Shown here: piece after piece, positions 28,044 to 37,524 of the stretch | Position numbering within the stretch: position 1 is the stretch's first letter | Layout: each line of letters starts with the position of its first letter | Source of the DNA: Candidatus Nanoarchaeia archaeon | Lineage (GTDB): Archaea > Nanobdellota > Nanobdellia > WJKC01 | DNA length: 64,000 nt | Reading direction: 5' to 3' | Assembly: GCA_041653515.1 (NCBI GenBank) | Contig: JBAZFG010000004.1 | Coordinates: 6,568-70,567 of the forward strand | The notes under the pieces: model-generated | Database searches by the model: none | Seen by the model: the letters and a program-made list of their open reading frames with translations, nothing else | Told to the model about the DNA's origin: nothing | Program-made: the position numbers and the translations under genes

Positions 28044-28157
28044 GCTTCGGTAGCTCAGAGGTAGTAGCGCTGCTCCGGTACGCTCACTTCGTTTATGTAA
28101 TAACGAGAGTTGAGCCTAGAAAGGCAGAGGTCGTGGGTCCAATTCCCATCCGAAGCT
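28044..28157 (+). tRNA. tRNA-Thr(GGU) with 41-nt intron at 37/38 (28081-28121)
   Basis: Acceptor GCTTCGG/CCGAAGC, U73, anticodon stem CTGCT/GGCAG, BHB motif (gctca/tgagc outer helix); atypical C33 and C55. Confidence 0.85.
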
Positions 28158-28169
28158 TTATAAATTTGT

Positions 28170-28619
28170 GTGCAAACAATCTTGATTATGGATAAATATT
28201 CATTTATCGAAGGACTCACTTATGCGGGAAATAAATTATTAGATTACTTCCAAGACAAGTATTTCACTGAAGCTAACCAATACTTACGCAAGGGCATGAA
28301 TGAGTTATTAAATAATATTAATATTTTTTGTGGGCTTGAAGAAAAATTATTATTAAGCAATAAAAAAGGACTTGAATTAATCAGTGATAGTATTAATTCT
28401 GTTAAGTTAATTCAAGGGCAATACATCAATAAAGGGCTTGATAATGAAAGTTATAACAAAGGGCTTGAACAAATATTCAACTTAATCAACAAGACTTTTA
28501 ATGAAGTTCCTTTTGGCATAAAATTATTGTTTGGTCCTGTACTCAACCCAGCAATTAAGGAATCAAAAAGAATAATTAAGAGCTTAAAGCGACCGCTTAC
28601 TAACCAAGTAAGCAATTAA
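28170..28619 (+). CDS. Hypothetical protein
   Basis: 149-aa ORF, no recognised motif. Confidence 0.5.
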   Translation: MQTILIMDKYSFIEGLTYAGNKLLDYFQDKYFTEANQYLRKGMNELLNNINIFCGLEEKLLLSNKKGLELISDSINSVKLIQGQYINKGLDNESYNKGLEQIFNLINKTFNEVPFGIKLLFGPVLNPAIKESKRIIKSLKRPLTNQVSN

Positions 28620-29138
28620 TAATGAGCCAAACGTTAAGCCAATTGTTAACGGAAACATTAAGCTTAATGAGTAATCAGGCAAGTAAGGGTGAGTGCCAAG
28701 TAAGTAATCGGATAAATCACTCAATAACAAGAAGCTTAATACTATTAATAATGATTTTTTAGTGAACTTGAATTTAAGTGAGAGTAATAATTGTTCAAAA
28801 ATTAATAATAAGTGCGCGGCAAGGTTAATTAAATTAATAGCCAGATTATCTGGCGTTACATAAAAACCCCAATAACTAGTAATGACAATCCAAGTCCAAA
28901 GACCATACTTAATACCAGCGCTAACAGTTAGCAAGAACAAAGTGTTATTAGCTTTCTTATTCAATAATAATAATGACGCTGATAATACAAAGAGAAATGC
29001 TGCTAATGGACAGTCAGGCACAAAAACCCACAACAAAGGATTAGTAGCCATTAATTGAGAGCCATAAAAGAATAATGAACCATTAATAAAACCAAATAAG
29101 TTCACTACTACTAACAAATAAAGTAAGTCTTCAATCAT
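28584..29138 (-). CDS. DUF1405-family membrane protein
   Basis: N..G...G..FY..QL, FVPDCPLA, KYGLW, D..DY..GTHP. Confidence 0.85.
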   Translation of the reverse strand: MIEDLLYLLVVVNLFGFINGSLFFYGSQLMATNPLLWVFVPDCPLAAFLFVLSASLLLLNKKANNTLFLLTVSAGIKYGLWTWIVITSYWGFYVTPDNLAINLINLAAHLLLIFEQLLLSLKFKFTKKSLLIVLSFLLLSDLSDYLLGTHPYLPDYSLSLMFPLTIGLTFGSLLIAYLVSKRSL

Positions 29139-29192
29139 TAAAAATGATTAATATGGATAATTTAATAAATAATTCCTTTATTTGTTTGAATA

Positions 29193-29735
29193 ATGAGAAT
29201 AATTGGTTTAATGGGTCGGATTGGCAGCGGCAAAGGAACGGTTGGCGAAGTATTAGTTAAGGAGTATGGTTTTAACAGCATCACAATGGGGGACTTAGCT
29301 CGTGAAGAAACTATTAATCGCGGGCTTGAACCAACACGCGAAGAGACCACTAGAATCAGTACTGAATGCCGAATGAATGACCCTGCTTACTTTATTAAAA
29401 AAGCGGTGAGCAAGATAAAAGAGTCAGGGCATGACAAATGGGTGATTGATGGCATTAGGACACCCTTAGATGTTAAGGAGTTCAAGCAATCATTTCCTGA
29501 AATTAAATTCATTAAAGTTGAAGTCTTACCTCAGATTCGCTATGAGCGAATGAAACTTAGGGGCAGAGCAGGTTTCCCTGACTCATTTAACAAATTCATA
29601 GAGCATGAAGCATTAGAGGAAGAGCGTTTCAACTTGAAAAGCACTCTTAGTAATGCTGATTACACTATTGAGAATAACGGGTCTTACGAGGAATTAGTTA
29701 ATAAGACTCGTGAATTAGTTAATAAATTATTTTAA
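29193..29735 (+). CDS. P-loop nucleotide kinase-like protein (UPF0200/dephospho-CoA kinase-like)
   Basis: GLMGRIGSGKGT, MGD..REE, VIDGIR, ADY.IENNGS. Confidence 0.8.
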   Translation: MRIIGLMGRIGSGKGTVGEVLVKEYGFNSITMGDLAREETINRGLEPTREETTRISTECRMNDPAYFIKKAVSKIKESGHDKWVIDGIRTPLDVKEFKQSFPEIKFIKVEVLPQIRYERMKLRGRAGFPDSFNKFIEHEALEEERFNLKSTLSNADYTIENNGSYEELVNKTRELVNKLF

Positions 29736-30128
29736 TTGCCTTAGCATGTTAGACTTGCCTTTATCCTTGAAAGCGCTGGATAAATCAATATAATACTTGC
29801 CTTCACTGATATTAATCACTATTGGTTCACCACGCATCAGAGCACTGATATCAATCTCAAACTTGCCTGGACCAAGTGTCTTAATAGTCTCTAAGTCAAG
29901 AATAACTGGTTTACCTGGTGATTTATCACCTAATAAATCCCTAACGTCCCGCTCCATCTCCTTAACATCAGTCTCTGATAAACTATTGCGGATTAACTCA
30001 GCGCTCGCTGATAACTCTTTATCCTTAATGTAAAAGAAGAACCGGCCACCGCAAGCTTCACAACCAGTTAATAATTGCTTTGAGCCATCCTCAATCCTCT
30101 TACCACAACGAACGCATTGATGGGGCAT
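29727..30128 (-). CDS. oapC: Zn-ribbon protein OapC (DUF2072)
   Basis: MPHQCVRCG...LL.GC..CG..FF.Y, ETIK...PGKFEID. Confidence 0.85.
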   Translation of the reverse strand: MPHQCVRCGKRIEDGSKQLLTGCEACGGRFFFYIKDKELSASAELIRNSLSETDVKEMERDVRDLLGDKSPGKPVILDLETIKTLGPGKFEIDISALMRGEPIVINISEGKYYIDLSSAFKDKGKSNMLRQLK

Positions 30129-30162
30129 GGAGTATTCTTAGACCTTGAACTTTAATAAGTTT

Positions 30163-30537
30163 TCACTTAATAAGCAGGCTAATCCGGTCAGGCTCTCTTT
30201 TTATCTGGCTAACTATTTTAGCTGGACCAATAACAGTGATGCCACTCTTGCCTCGAGTTAAGAAATTAACAATTCCCTCTTTAATGCGAGCCAACAAACT
30301 GTTATCACCCATTAATTCGCTACTTGACAGAGACGCTATTTCAACCCCAGAGAATGACTTATTAATGCTCTCCATTGTCCGCTGAATAAGAGCAGTCTCC
30401 TCTTTAGGGTCAAACCGCGCATTAAGCACTACTATTTTCTTGTCCTTGATTTTTGATAGGATTAACTCAACCCTATCCTCCATTGATGACTTCATCAATA
30501 ATTCAACTGGTATAAAATCTAGTGTTAAACCTTTCAT
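30163..30537 (-). CDS. oapB: OapB (DUF2073)
   Basis: P.EE..LI..TM..I, F.G.EI, G.TVIGPA. Confidence 0.85.
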   Translation of the reverse strand: MKGLTLDFIPVELLMKSSMEDRVELILSKIKDKKIVVLNARFDPKEETALIQRTMESINKSFSGVEIASLSSSELMGDNSLLARIKEGIVNFLTRGKSGITVIGPAKIVSQIKREPDRISLLIK

Positions 30538-30539
30538 TA

Positions 30540-31172
30540 TTATTTTAACCTCCGACTAATATCAAATAACGCGTCATATAAATCATTAAAGCCCTCGCCG
30601 TTCCTAGCGCTCAAACCAATCACTTTATACTGAGGGAAAGCTGAGTTAACTCTCATTATCTTAGCAGTCTTCAAATCAGTCTTGTTAGCAACTATTATCA
30701 CAGGTATCTTCCTTGCTTCAAGGTTGCCAAGAATAGTAATATTAACTTGAGTATAAGGGTCCTTGGTTGAATCCATTACTGCTAACACAACGTCCATATC
30801 ATCAAGCCACTTAATTGCTTCAATAATGCCTTTAGTTGCTTCTCGGGCGCGCTTCTTGGCTTCGTTGCGTTTAATGCCATACTTAATGAATTCTTCAAAG
30901 TCAACTTTAGTGCTAATGCCAGGGGTATCAATTAAATTAATCTCAATTTTTCGACCGTTGCGCTCAATTGCCACTTTTTCTTTTGTCTGAACTTCTCTTG
31001 TTTCATGAGGTATCTTACTAGCAGTCCCTAATTCCTCACCAGTCCATTCTTTACTAATCCAATTAGCAATACTAGTCTTGCCTGCGTTGGGGGGTCCATA
31101 AACGCCTAGCCTAAAAACCTTCTTTTTCCAAAAGAAACGAGCCAAGAAGTTCTTGAAAAAATTAAACGCCAT
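30540..31172 (-). CDS. oapA: Era-like GTPase OapA
   Basis: GVYGPPNAGKT, PHETR, DTPG, DPYTQVN, ANKTDL. Confidence 0.9.
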   Translation of the reverse strand: MAFNFFKNFLARFFWKKKVFRLGVYGPPNAGKTSIANWISKEWTGEELGTASKIPHETREVQTKEKVAIERNGRKIEINLIDTPGISTKVDFEEFIKYGIKRNEAKKRAREATKGIIEAIKWLDDMDVVLAVMDSTKDPYTQVNITILGNLEARKIPVIIVANKTDLKTAKIMRVNSAFPQYKVIGLSARNGEGFNDLYDALFDISRRLK

Positions 31173-31254
31173 AATAGTAATTGAGTGCTGTGTGCTTAAA
31201 TTTCTTGTGATATTAGAGAAATGTTTTTATTAAAGACACCCATTAACTTATTCT

Positions 31255-32685
31255 ATGCGAAAAACAATCCTATTAATAGCTTTTATTCTAATGGCTGGGG
31301 TAACAAGCGCGGTTAGTTATGAAGTCACTGGGGTTAAAACAAGAGTATACCCTGAGGAGAGTCTTATTTACAGGATAAACATAATTAACAATGACTCGGT
31401 TAGCAAAGAGGTTTACATTAACAAGTATATGGTGGAGAACACTTTTGGTATGGCTAGCAGTGTTAGGCCGTCAATTAACCTTGTTTTATCACCTAATAGT
31501 TCAACAATCATTAATGTCACAATTCCAGTTAGTAATAGTGTTACTAAAGGGACTTACAGCACGCCATTATTATTCTCTTACGGCAATACCACCACGGACA
31601 GGGTTTATCTTGAATCAGTTATTCTTAGTAAGGTATTAGAACCAATTGAATTGCAAAACATTACGGTCATTAACCCTGAGAGCATTATTCCAGTTCATGA
31701 GTTTAACACAACAGTCACGCTCTTATGCAACATTGAGTCAGTTTACCCGTTAGTTAAAATAACTGTTAGTGATGATAATGGAATTATTTATGAGTCTAGC
31801 AGTGTTCAGGAATTAAAAGAAGGTATTAATGTGTTCAGGCGCAGCGTTAAATTACCTGACCGAACAATGCCTGGCACTTACACTTTATTAGTTGAAGCTA
31901 GTGTTTCGGGCAGGGTTATTACTCAGGGGGTGGGTGATTTAGTAATTAATCCCTACACTTACATTAATTATTCAGCTGGGGTTTATGAGGACTTGTTTGG
32001 TAAACGAGTTAATCGCACTGCGGATAACCTTGGTACTGAAATAATTAACACTAGTGTTAATTACACTACTTCGTTATTAGAGCCATTATTAATTAATCGA
32101 ATATTATTATTAATTAAGAAAGATGGTAATATTATTAGTTCAACTACACCTGTTATTAGTGATTACTTAATTAATGAATTAGTCACGCTTGAATCAGGTG
32201 AGTCAGCTGAATTAATCATTGAGTTTGGTTATGGCTTATTAATTGCAATCCCATTTGTTATTATCTTAGTGATTATTGGTTGGTTCTTCGTGACTAAGCG
32301 AGTAATTGTTAAGAAAGAAATAATTGAATGCCATAAGGATGGTAATGAATTAACCGTTAAGGTTGGAGTTAGTGTTAAGAACGTTTCACTTAGCAGTATT
32401 AATAATGTTAAAATTATTGAGGATTTGCCTGTTTACGCTAAGAAAGCAGGCGCTTTTGGCAGTATTAAGGGTGATATTGACCGCAAGAAAGGTATTATTA
32501 CTTTCCTGCCAGGCCGGCTTGACCCTAAAGAAGAAGTATTATTATCTTATAAATTCAAGACTGATATTGAGTTAGTTGGCAGGGTCTCGTTGCCGCCAGC
32601 CACAGTTAAGTTCAGGGTTGATGATAAAGTAATGATTGTTAAGAGTAATACTACTGGCATTGAATTAATTAAAGGCGGAGAGTAA
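31255..32685 (+). CDS. Secreted Ig-like membrane protein with C-terminal BatD/DUF11-like domain
   Basis: Signal peptide, beta-rich ectodomain, TM helix, VKN.....NVKIIED.P...L.PKEE..LSY, LPPA. Confidence 0.6.
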   Translation: MRKTILLIAFILMAGVTSAVSYEVTGVKTRVYPEESLIYRINIINNDSVSKEVYINKYMVENTFGMASSVRPSINLVLSPNSSTIINVTIPVSNSVTKGTYSTPLLFSYGNTTTDRVYLESVILSKVLEPIELQNITVINPESIIPVHEFNTTVTLLCNIESVYPLVKITVSDDNGIIYESSSVQELKEGINVFRRSVKLPDRTMPGTYTLLVEASVSGRVITQGVGDLVINPYTYINYSAGVYEDLFGKRVNRTADNLGTEIINTSVNYTTSLLEPLLINRILLLIKKDGNIISSTTPVISDYLINELVTLESGESAELIIEFGYGLLIAIPFVIILVIIGWFFVTKRVIVKKEIIECHKDGNELTVKVGVSVKNVSLSSINNVKIIEDLPVYAKKAGAFGSIKGDIDRKKGIITFLPGRLDPKEEVLLSYKFKTDIELVGRVSLPPATVKFRVDDKVMIVKSNTTGIELIKGGE

Positions 32686-32838
32686 AAACAATCTATTCTT
32701 TCATCTTTACATCCAATCTTAGCTCAATAAACCCTTTTCTCGCTTCGCTCCAAAAGTATTTCATCCCAAAATTAATGCGCTTAGTAATCTTTTTAAAACA
32801 ATCTATTCTTTCATCTTTGTATCCCGTCTTAGCTCAAT
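32685..32838 (+). mobile_element. Duplicated promoter and 5' end of tRNA-Tyr (32685-32728 / 32795-32838) separated by a family-A hairpin element
   Basis: aaaacaatctattctttcatcttt(ac/gt)atcc(aa/cg)tcttagctcaat twice; spacer aaacccttttctcgcttcgctccaaaagtatttcatcccaaaa. Confidence 0.8.
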
Positions 32839-32958
32839 GGTAGAGCGCATGGCTGTAGACCAATACTGGATTCAAAATATTCTCGTGTTGGGGAAAAGCG
32901 TGCATTGAGCAGGCATTCAGATACCATGAGGTTCCCGGTTCAAATCCGGGAGACGGGA
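32823..32958 (+). tRNA. tRNA-Tyr(GUA) with 64-nt intron at 37/38 (32859-32922)
   Basis: C1-G72 acceptor CCCGTCT/AGACGGG, A73, stem CATGG/CCATG, T arm CCCGG-TTCAAAT-CCGGG. Confidence 0.93.
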
Positions 32959-33050
32959 CATTCTTATTCCTCCTGGTTCAAACTCTCGAGTGAAACGAGA
33001 GAGTGCCTGAGCGAGCGATAGCGAGTGCAGAGCATCCGGGAGACGGGACA
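32944..33050 (+). mobile_element. Family-C element flanked by a 17-bp duplicate of the tRNA-Tyr 3' end
   Basis: atccgggagacgggaca at 32944 and 33034; ggttcaaa-hairpin-tgcctga...cagagc between them. Confidence 0.8.
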
Positions 33051-33059
33051 CTTTTTTTT

Positions 33060-33902
33060 TTAAATTTTAATGATTAATCCGTCGTATGATATTAGGTTTT
33101 TTTGTTTTGAGTGCTTTTTTAATCCACAGTTGATTAAAGCTTGTCTAATCGTGTTGTCCCATTCTTTGTGGTTTTTTGGCGTCTTATAAGGCAGTGGGTT
33201 ATTGTTTGTTATTTCCTCATCACTAAAGTGCGTAAAGTACACATTTTTAGGAGTCCATCTTATTAGGTAATTAATTGCTTGTTGAAAACTCATGTGACCT
33301 GGTTTATTATTAATTGGTTCGTTAAACCAATTGGTTTCAATTATTAGTGAGTCAATTGGTTTTTCAATAATTATTGATTCATTTTCAATGCTATTAAAAT
33401 CAGATGTGTAAATTAATCGCTTGTTATCTTCATCAATTATGTAGCCAGTTGAGCCTGGCGCAAATGAGCCATGATTAGTCTTAAAAGGGGTTATTAGTAA
33501 GTTGTCAAGAGTTAATGATTCATTATATTTTATCGCTTGTTCTTTTATTATTGAGTCAAATAAGTATTTTAGGTCTTTTTTGTTTTTTAAGTAATTAATT
33601 GCATCAATATGAGCATATAATGGTACTTGCCAGTTTTTGTAAGCGCGTCTATAAATATTTAATTCATCAAGACCACCAGTATGGTCTTGGTGTGTGTGAG
33701 TAATTAATAGTGCGTCAATATTTTTTATAGAGTGCTTGATTCTTTGTTCTTTAAAGTCAGGTCCGCAGTCAATAAGCACTTTTTTGTTTGATTCAATTAG
33801 TAATGAAGTTCTAGTGCGATAATCCCTGTAATCAGTTATATTATTGATTAATTCATTTGGAAGACCCCAAGCGTTACCAGTGCCTAGAAAAGTGATTTTC
33901 AT
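33060..33902 (-). CDS. MBL-fold metallohydrolase (PhnP-like)
   Basis: MKITFLGTG, LIDCGPD, THTHQDH..G, YTSD, GHMS, THFS; start at MKIT (alternative 33914). Confidence 0.9.
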   Translation of the reverse strand: MKITFLGTGNAWGLPNELINNITDYRDYRTRTSLLIESNKKVLIDCGPDFKEQRIKHSIKNIDALLITHTHQDHTGGLDELNIYRRAYKNWQVPLYAHIDAINYLKNKKDLKYLFDSIIKEQAIKYNESLTLDNLLITPFKTNHGSFAPGSTGYIIDEDNKRLIYTSDFNSIENESIIIEKPIDSLIIETNWFNEPINNKPGHMSFQQAINYLIRWTPKNVYFTHFSDEEITNNNPLPYKTPKNHKEWDNTIRQALINCGLKKHSKQKNLISYDGLIIKI

Positions 33903-33906
33903 TTTT

Positions 33907-34422
33907 TTAATCATCCCATAATTGATCGAAGTGTTCAAAATCAGGCAGTGATTCAAGCATGGCACTGACAGCTTTACTACTCCTTTGCCAATCAAGCTTT
34001 GCCTGTTTTCTCGAATCACTTTTAAGGTAGGGGTAATCATGCAATGAGTCTGGATTTTCAATCACTTGCATAATTCTGTCATAATAATCAACCCAGTAGT
34101 GGTTATGAAAACCATTAAGCGGAACAAGCTTGCCAGTCAGGCCAACGCGTTCAAGAAGAGGTAGTTCATTGTATAATTGTGTGTGATAAATATTCTTAAA
34201 ATTAAAATCAAGAACAACGCAGTAGGTCTTATACCGAGGATTATCAATAATGTCAATAATAAATCCGTTACGCACTGAACGTTCAAATTTATGTTCGTAA
34301 GTGTTAGTGTTATACTCCCAGTTTAGTATATCATATTTAAGATTTTTAGATTCAGATTTGCTGATTAAATGAAAAAATAAAGACTTGTTATTATCAATTG
34401 TGTTTTCAATTTCGTTTTTCAT
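33907..34422 (-). CDS. Hypothetical protein
   Basis: 171-aa ORF, no motif. Confidence 0.5.
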   Translation of the reverse strand: MKNEIENTIDNNKSLFFHLISKSESKNLKYDILNWEYNTNTYEHKFERSVRNGFIIDIIDNPRYKTYCVVLDFNFKNIYHTQLYNELPLLERVGLTGKLVPLNGFHNHYWVDYYDRIMQVIENPDSLHDYPYLKSDSRKQAKLDWQRSSKAVSAMLESLPDFEHFDQLWDD

Positions 34423-34518
34423 AAGTTTAATTTAAGCAGAAATATTATTTTAAATCTGTTATTTAAAAATAAATCAAAGAGTAATATTTTTAATATAAAA
34501 ATTACTATTTGATATAAT

Positions 34519-35481
34519 ATGTTATTATCTGTTAAGGATGAACGAATTATTAAGGGGCTTAATAAGAATAGCAGGCAGTCGTTTACTCAGCTTGGTAAAA
34601 AAGTAGGTCTGCCAAAAAACATTGTTAATTACCGTGTTAAAAAATTAGTTGATGAGGGGGTTATTACTCTTTTTTGCACAACTATTAATCGCGCAAAACT
34701 GGGTTACATGTATTGTAGGTTTTTTTTAAAGTTCATGCATTTTTCTGAAAAAATTGAGGAATCACTTGTTAAGTCAGTTTCAAAATTAAAAAATATACAC
34801 TTTGTTGCAAGACTTGATGGTTCATTTGATTTTTGTATAATATTTCTTGCTAAAACAATTAAAGAAATTGATGACATATATGATTCAATCACTTACTCGT
34901 TTGATAATAACTTAATAGATAAAGAATTAAGTATTGCATCGAGACTTTATTATTTGCCTTATAATTATTTGTATAACAAAAGCGAGCCTGTTTATAGCGA
35001 AGTATTAAATGTTGATAAGACAATTAATTTAGATGAGAATGATTATAAGTTAATTAACATTATTAAAGAAAATTCTAGAAAACCAATGATTGAATTAATT
35101 AATGAACTAAAATTAAGTCCGCAAGTTATTAGGGCTCATATGAAGAAACTAATTAGTGAAGGTATTATAATTGGTTATAATATTAGGGTTAATAATAAGA
35201 AGTTTAATTTAAATAATTTTCACATTTTTCTTAACTTAACAAATATTAATGAGTCTAAGTATCAGGAGATAATTAATTTTTTATTTAGTAAAAAACCAGT
35301 AACACACATAATTAAAGGTTTAGGTAAGTGGGATTTAGAATTTGAAGCAGTTCTTAAATCACATTTTGAGTTACATGAGTTAATTAAGGAATTAAAAGAT
35401 AAGTTTCCAACAAATATTTTAAAGCATGAGTCAGCAATAATTTATGAAGTTTATAAAATTAACACTGTTAAATACTCTTAA
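34519..35481 (+). CDS. Tandem-duplicated Lrp/AsnC regulator
   Basis: Two repeats of D..I...L..NSR..(HTH)..L..EG.I plus RAM-domain G.(F/W)D. Confidence 0.85.
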   Translation: MLLSVKDERIIKGLNKNSRQSFTQLGKKVGLPKNIVNYRVKKLVDEGVITLFCTTINRAKLGYMYCRFFLKFMHFSEKIEESLVKSVSKLKNIHFVARLDGSFDFCIIFLAKTIKEIDDIYDSITYSFDNNLIDKELSIASRLYYLPYNYLYNKSEPVYSEVLNVDKTINLDENDYKLINIIKENSRKPMIELINELKLSPQVIRAHMKKLISEGIIIGYNIRVNNKKFNLNNFHIFLNLTNINESKYQEIINFLFSKKPVTHIIKGLGKWDLEFEAVLKSHFELHELIKELKDKFPTNILKHESAIIYEVYKINTVKYS

Positions 35482-35782
35482 ATAAGTGCCTATAGGAATC
35501 TAATTCTTTTATGTGGTGCTTTCCTTGCACACCTAAATAAGTGTAATTGTCATTACCCTCTTCATCAGTGTAGGCATAAATTACGTAAGGAAGTGGTTCT
35601 TCTTCCAGTTTTAATAATTCTTTTAGTGTTTTATTAAACTCTGTTGAGTCATTTTCAGATTCTTTTAATTTTTTTAATAGTTGTTCTAGTGATTTTTCAA
35701 ATTTATTTTTTTCTTTTAAAATAAGTTCACAAGCTTTGTCATATTCACTGTAAATTGAGTATTTTGTGTCAGGCATAATCAA
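35468..35782 (-). CDS. Hypothetical protein
   Basis: 104-aa ORF, no motif. Confidence 0.4.
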   Translation of the reverse strand: MIMPDTKYSIYSEYDKACELILKEKNKFEKSLEQLLKKLKESENDSTEFNKTLKELLKLEEEPLPYVIYAYTDEEGNDNYTYLGVQGKHHIKELDSYRHLFKSI

Positions 35783-35974
35783 TTAAAGTATTTATGGTAA
35801 TATGAATTTTGTTTTATTATTTTAATCCAAAAAGAATTATTTAAGATTGTTTAGTTATCTTTTGATATAAATTGTCTTTTGTAATACAATCTAGATTAAA
35901 AAATATTTGATTAATAAACAACAATCACATCACTATTTATATTCATTCTAATTAAACCGAAGATAATTTTTATG

Positions 35975-36066
35975 TCAGGGAGATGGGACATTCTTATTTC
36001 TCCTGGTTCAAACCCACGAACGAAGTGAAGTGGGTGCCTGAACGAAGTGCAATGTGTCCAGTAGAT
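35975..36066 (+). repeat. Distal copy of the tRNA-Tyr 3' end and flank with a family-C element (att-like boundary)
   Basis: tcagggagatgggacattcttatttctcctggttcaaac matches 32945-32983 with 3 mismatches; followed by hairpin acccac...gtgggt and gcctgaacg. Confidence 0.8.
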
Positions 36067-36126
36067 AGGATAATCTTTTTTTGAATAATCAGTTTTATAA
36101 GCCACATCACTACTCTAAATTTATTT

Positions 36127-37371
36127 GTGAACAAGTTTTATTCGTTAATCTTTATAGTATTACTAGCTGGTTGTATCAAAGTTAATACACAAAGTAATGC
36201 CTGCACGCCTAACTGGCAGTGCACTGATTGGATTAACTGCCTACAAGGCAATCAGAATCGGACTTGCACTGATATTAATGATTGTAATAATAACATGAGC
36301 AAGCCTGATTTAACTAAAAAATGTGATGAACAATCTTGTAATTCTTACAAGCCAAACGTGGTTTATAACATGGCTTTCGTTTTGTTCAGCAGTCCTGACA
36401 GCAGTCCTGCATCAAGTGAAGAATTAAGCAGATTAAATGAATCAATAATCCTTGCTCAAGATAAGTGGAATGAAATAACTCCTGGGCTTAGCTTAAGAAT
36501 AAAATTGTACTTGATTAATGTTTCACGGTTCGCAACAACAGAGCCAATTCGTGCTGTAAATACTTTTTATGATTATTATCCTCTGGAAAACCAGAATTAT
36601 GACGCAATAGCTTTTATGGATACTTGGACTAACAATGATTATTACTGTAGCAGTAATAATTTCCTTAAGGATGATGTGGACACTCTTTTCGGCATTAATA
36701 ATTGCAGTTTAAGACAGGTTATTTTCCTAACAAGTATACATAACCCTTGCAGTGCTATTAATAATTTAGATGCTTATCAAATTGCTACTATTATAATTCA
36801 TGAAACAACTCATCACTGGGCAGTGCAATTACCAGTTGTTTTCTTAGATGGTAACTCAAGTGACACTTCATCACCAGCAAGCCTCTTAGATTCTTACAAA
36901 GTTCACTGGAGTGATTATGTTAACTCCTCGTTTGACCCGTTGGGTGGTAATTTATTTGAATTAAATAATAGCACTTTTACTGTGGTTGCTCACTCCTTGC
37001 GCTTAATCTGGCCTAATGAAAATGATTCTAAATACACTTTTGATAACATGAAGAGACTTGACTTAGAGTTATTCATGATGGGGTTAAAGACTAGAGAGGA
37101 AGTTAGTAATGTAAGATTAATGACTAATTGCAATAATTATATATGTTCATCATACCATGATTTCAGCGTGGATGATATCCTGCCTATAAATATGGCAACA
37201 ATAACCCCTAGCCTTCCGGGAGACACTGATGGGGATGGAATTTATACGTGGGCTGAGCTTGAAGGAACACTTGGTTACAAGTCTGACCCCTTTAATAAGG
37301 ACACTAACCAAAATGGGATTGATGACTTAAGTGAAATACTCAATGGACAAAACCCATTGTTATGTCAATAA
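36127..37371 (+). CDS. Secreted zinc metallopeptidase-like lipoprotein
   Basis: LAGC, CTPNWQCTDW Cys module, IIIHETTHHW (HExxH), DTDGDG/DTNQNG Ca-binding repeats. Confidence 0.7.
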   Translation: MNKFYSLIFIVLLAGCIKVNTQSNACTPNWQCTDWINCLQGNQNRTCTDINDCNNNMSKPDLTKKCDEQSCNSYKPNVVYNMAFVLFSSPDSSPASSEELSRLNESIILAQDKWNEITPGLSLRIKLYLINVSRFATTEPIRAVNTFYDYYPLENQNYDAIAFMDTWTNNDYYCSSNNFLKDDVDTLFGINNCSLRQVIFLTSIHNPCSAINNLDAYQIATIIIHETTHHWAVQLPVVFLDGNSSDTSSPASLLDSYKVHWSDYVNSSFDPLGGNLFELNNSTFTVVAHSLRLIWPNENDSKYTFDNMKRLDLELFMMGLKTREEVSNVRLMTNCNNYICSSYHDFSVDDILPINMATITPSLPGDTDGDGIYTWAELEGTLGYKSDPFNKDTNQNGIDDLSEILNGQNPLLCQ

Positions 37372-37524
37372 ATAAAACATTGTATTCTAGCATGAAATAT
37401 AATATCATTTCTTATTATTTTGATTCAAACCTAAAGAAATGAGGGTAAATTTGGTTAAAACATGAGTCTTATGACGTGAGTGACCCTACCTTTTTATAAC
37501 TATTAAGTGTGTTTCATTCTTTCT

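Noticed and set aside
28070..28127. Reading the tRNA as Ser(AGA) with a non-canonical intron
   Set aside because: Short variable arm, U73 and a proper BHB at 37/38 support Thr(GGU).
32975..33034. Group II intron domain V/VI remnant (hairpin plus bulged-A stem)
   Set aside because: No AGC/CGC catalytic triad or conserved DV sequence; the first hairpin varies freely between copies.
35911..36105. 64-aa ORF on the minus strand
   Set aside because: It spans the tRNA-Tyr repeat and family-C element and has no protein motif.
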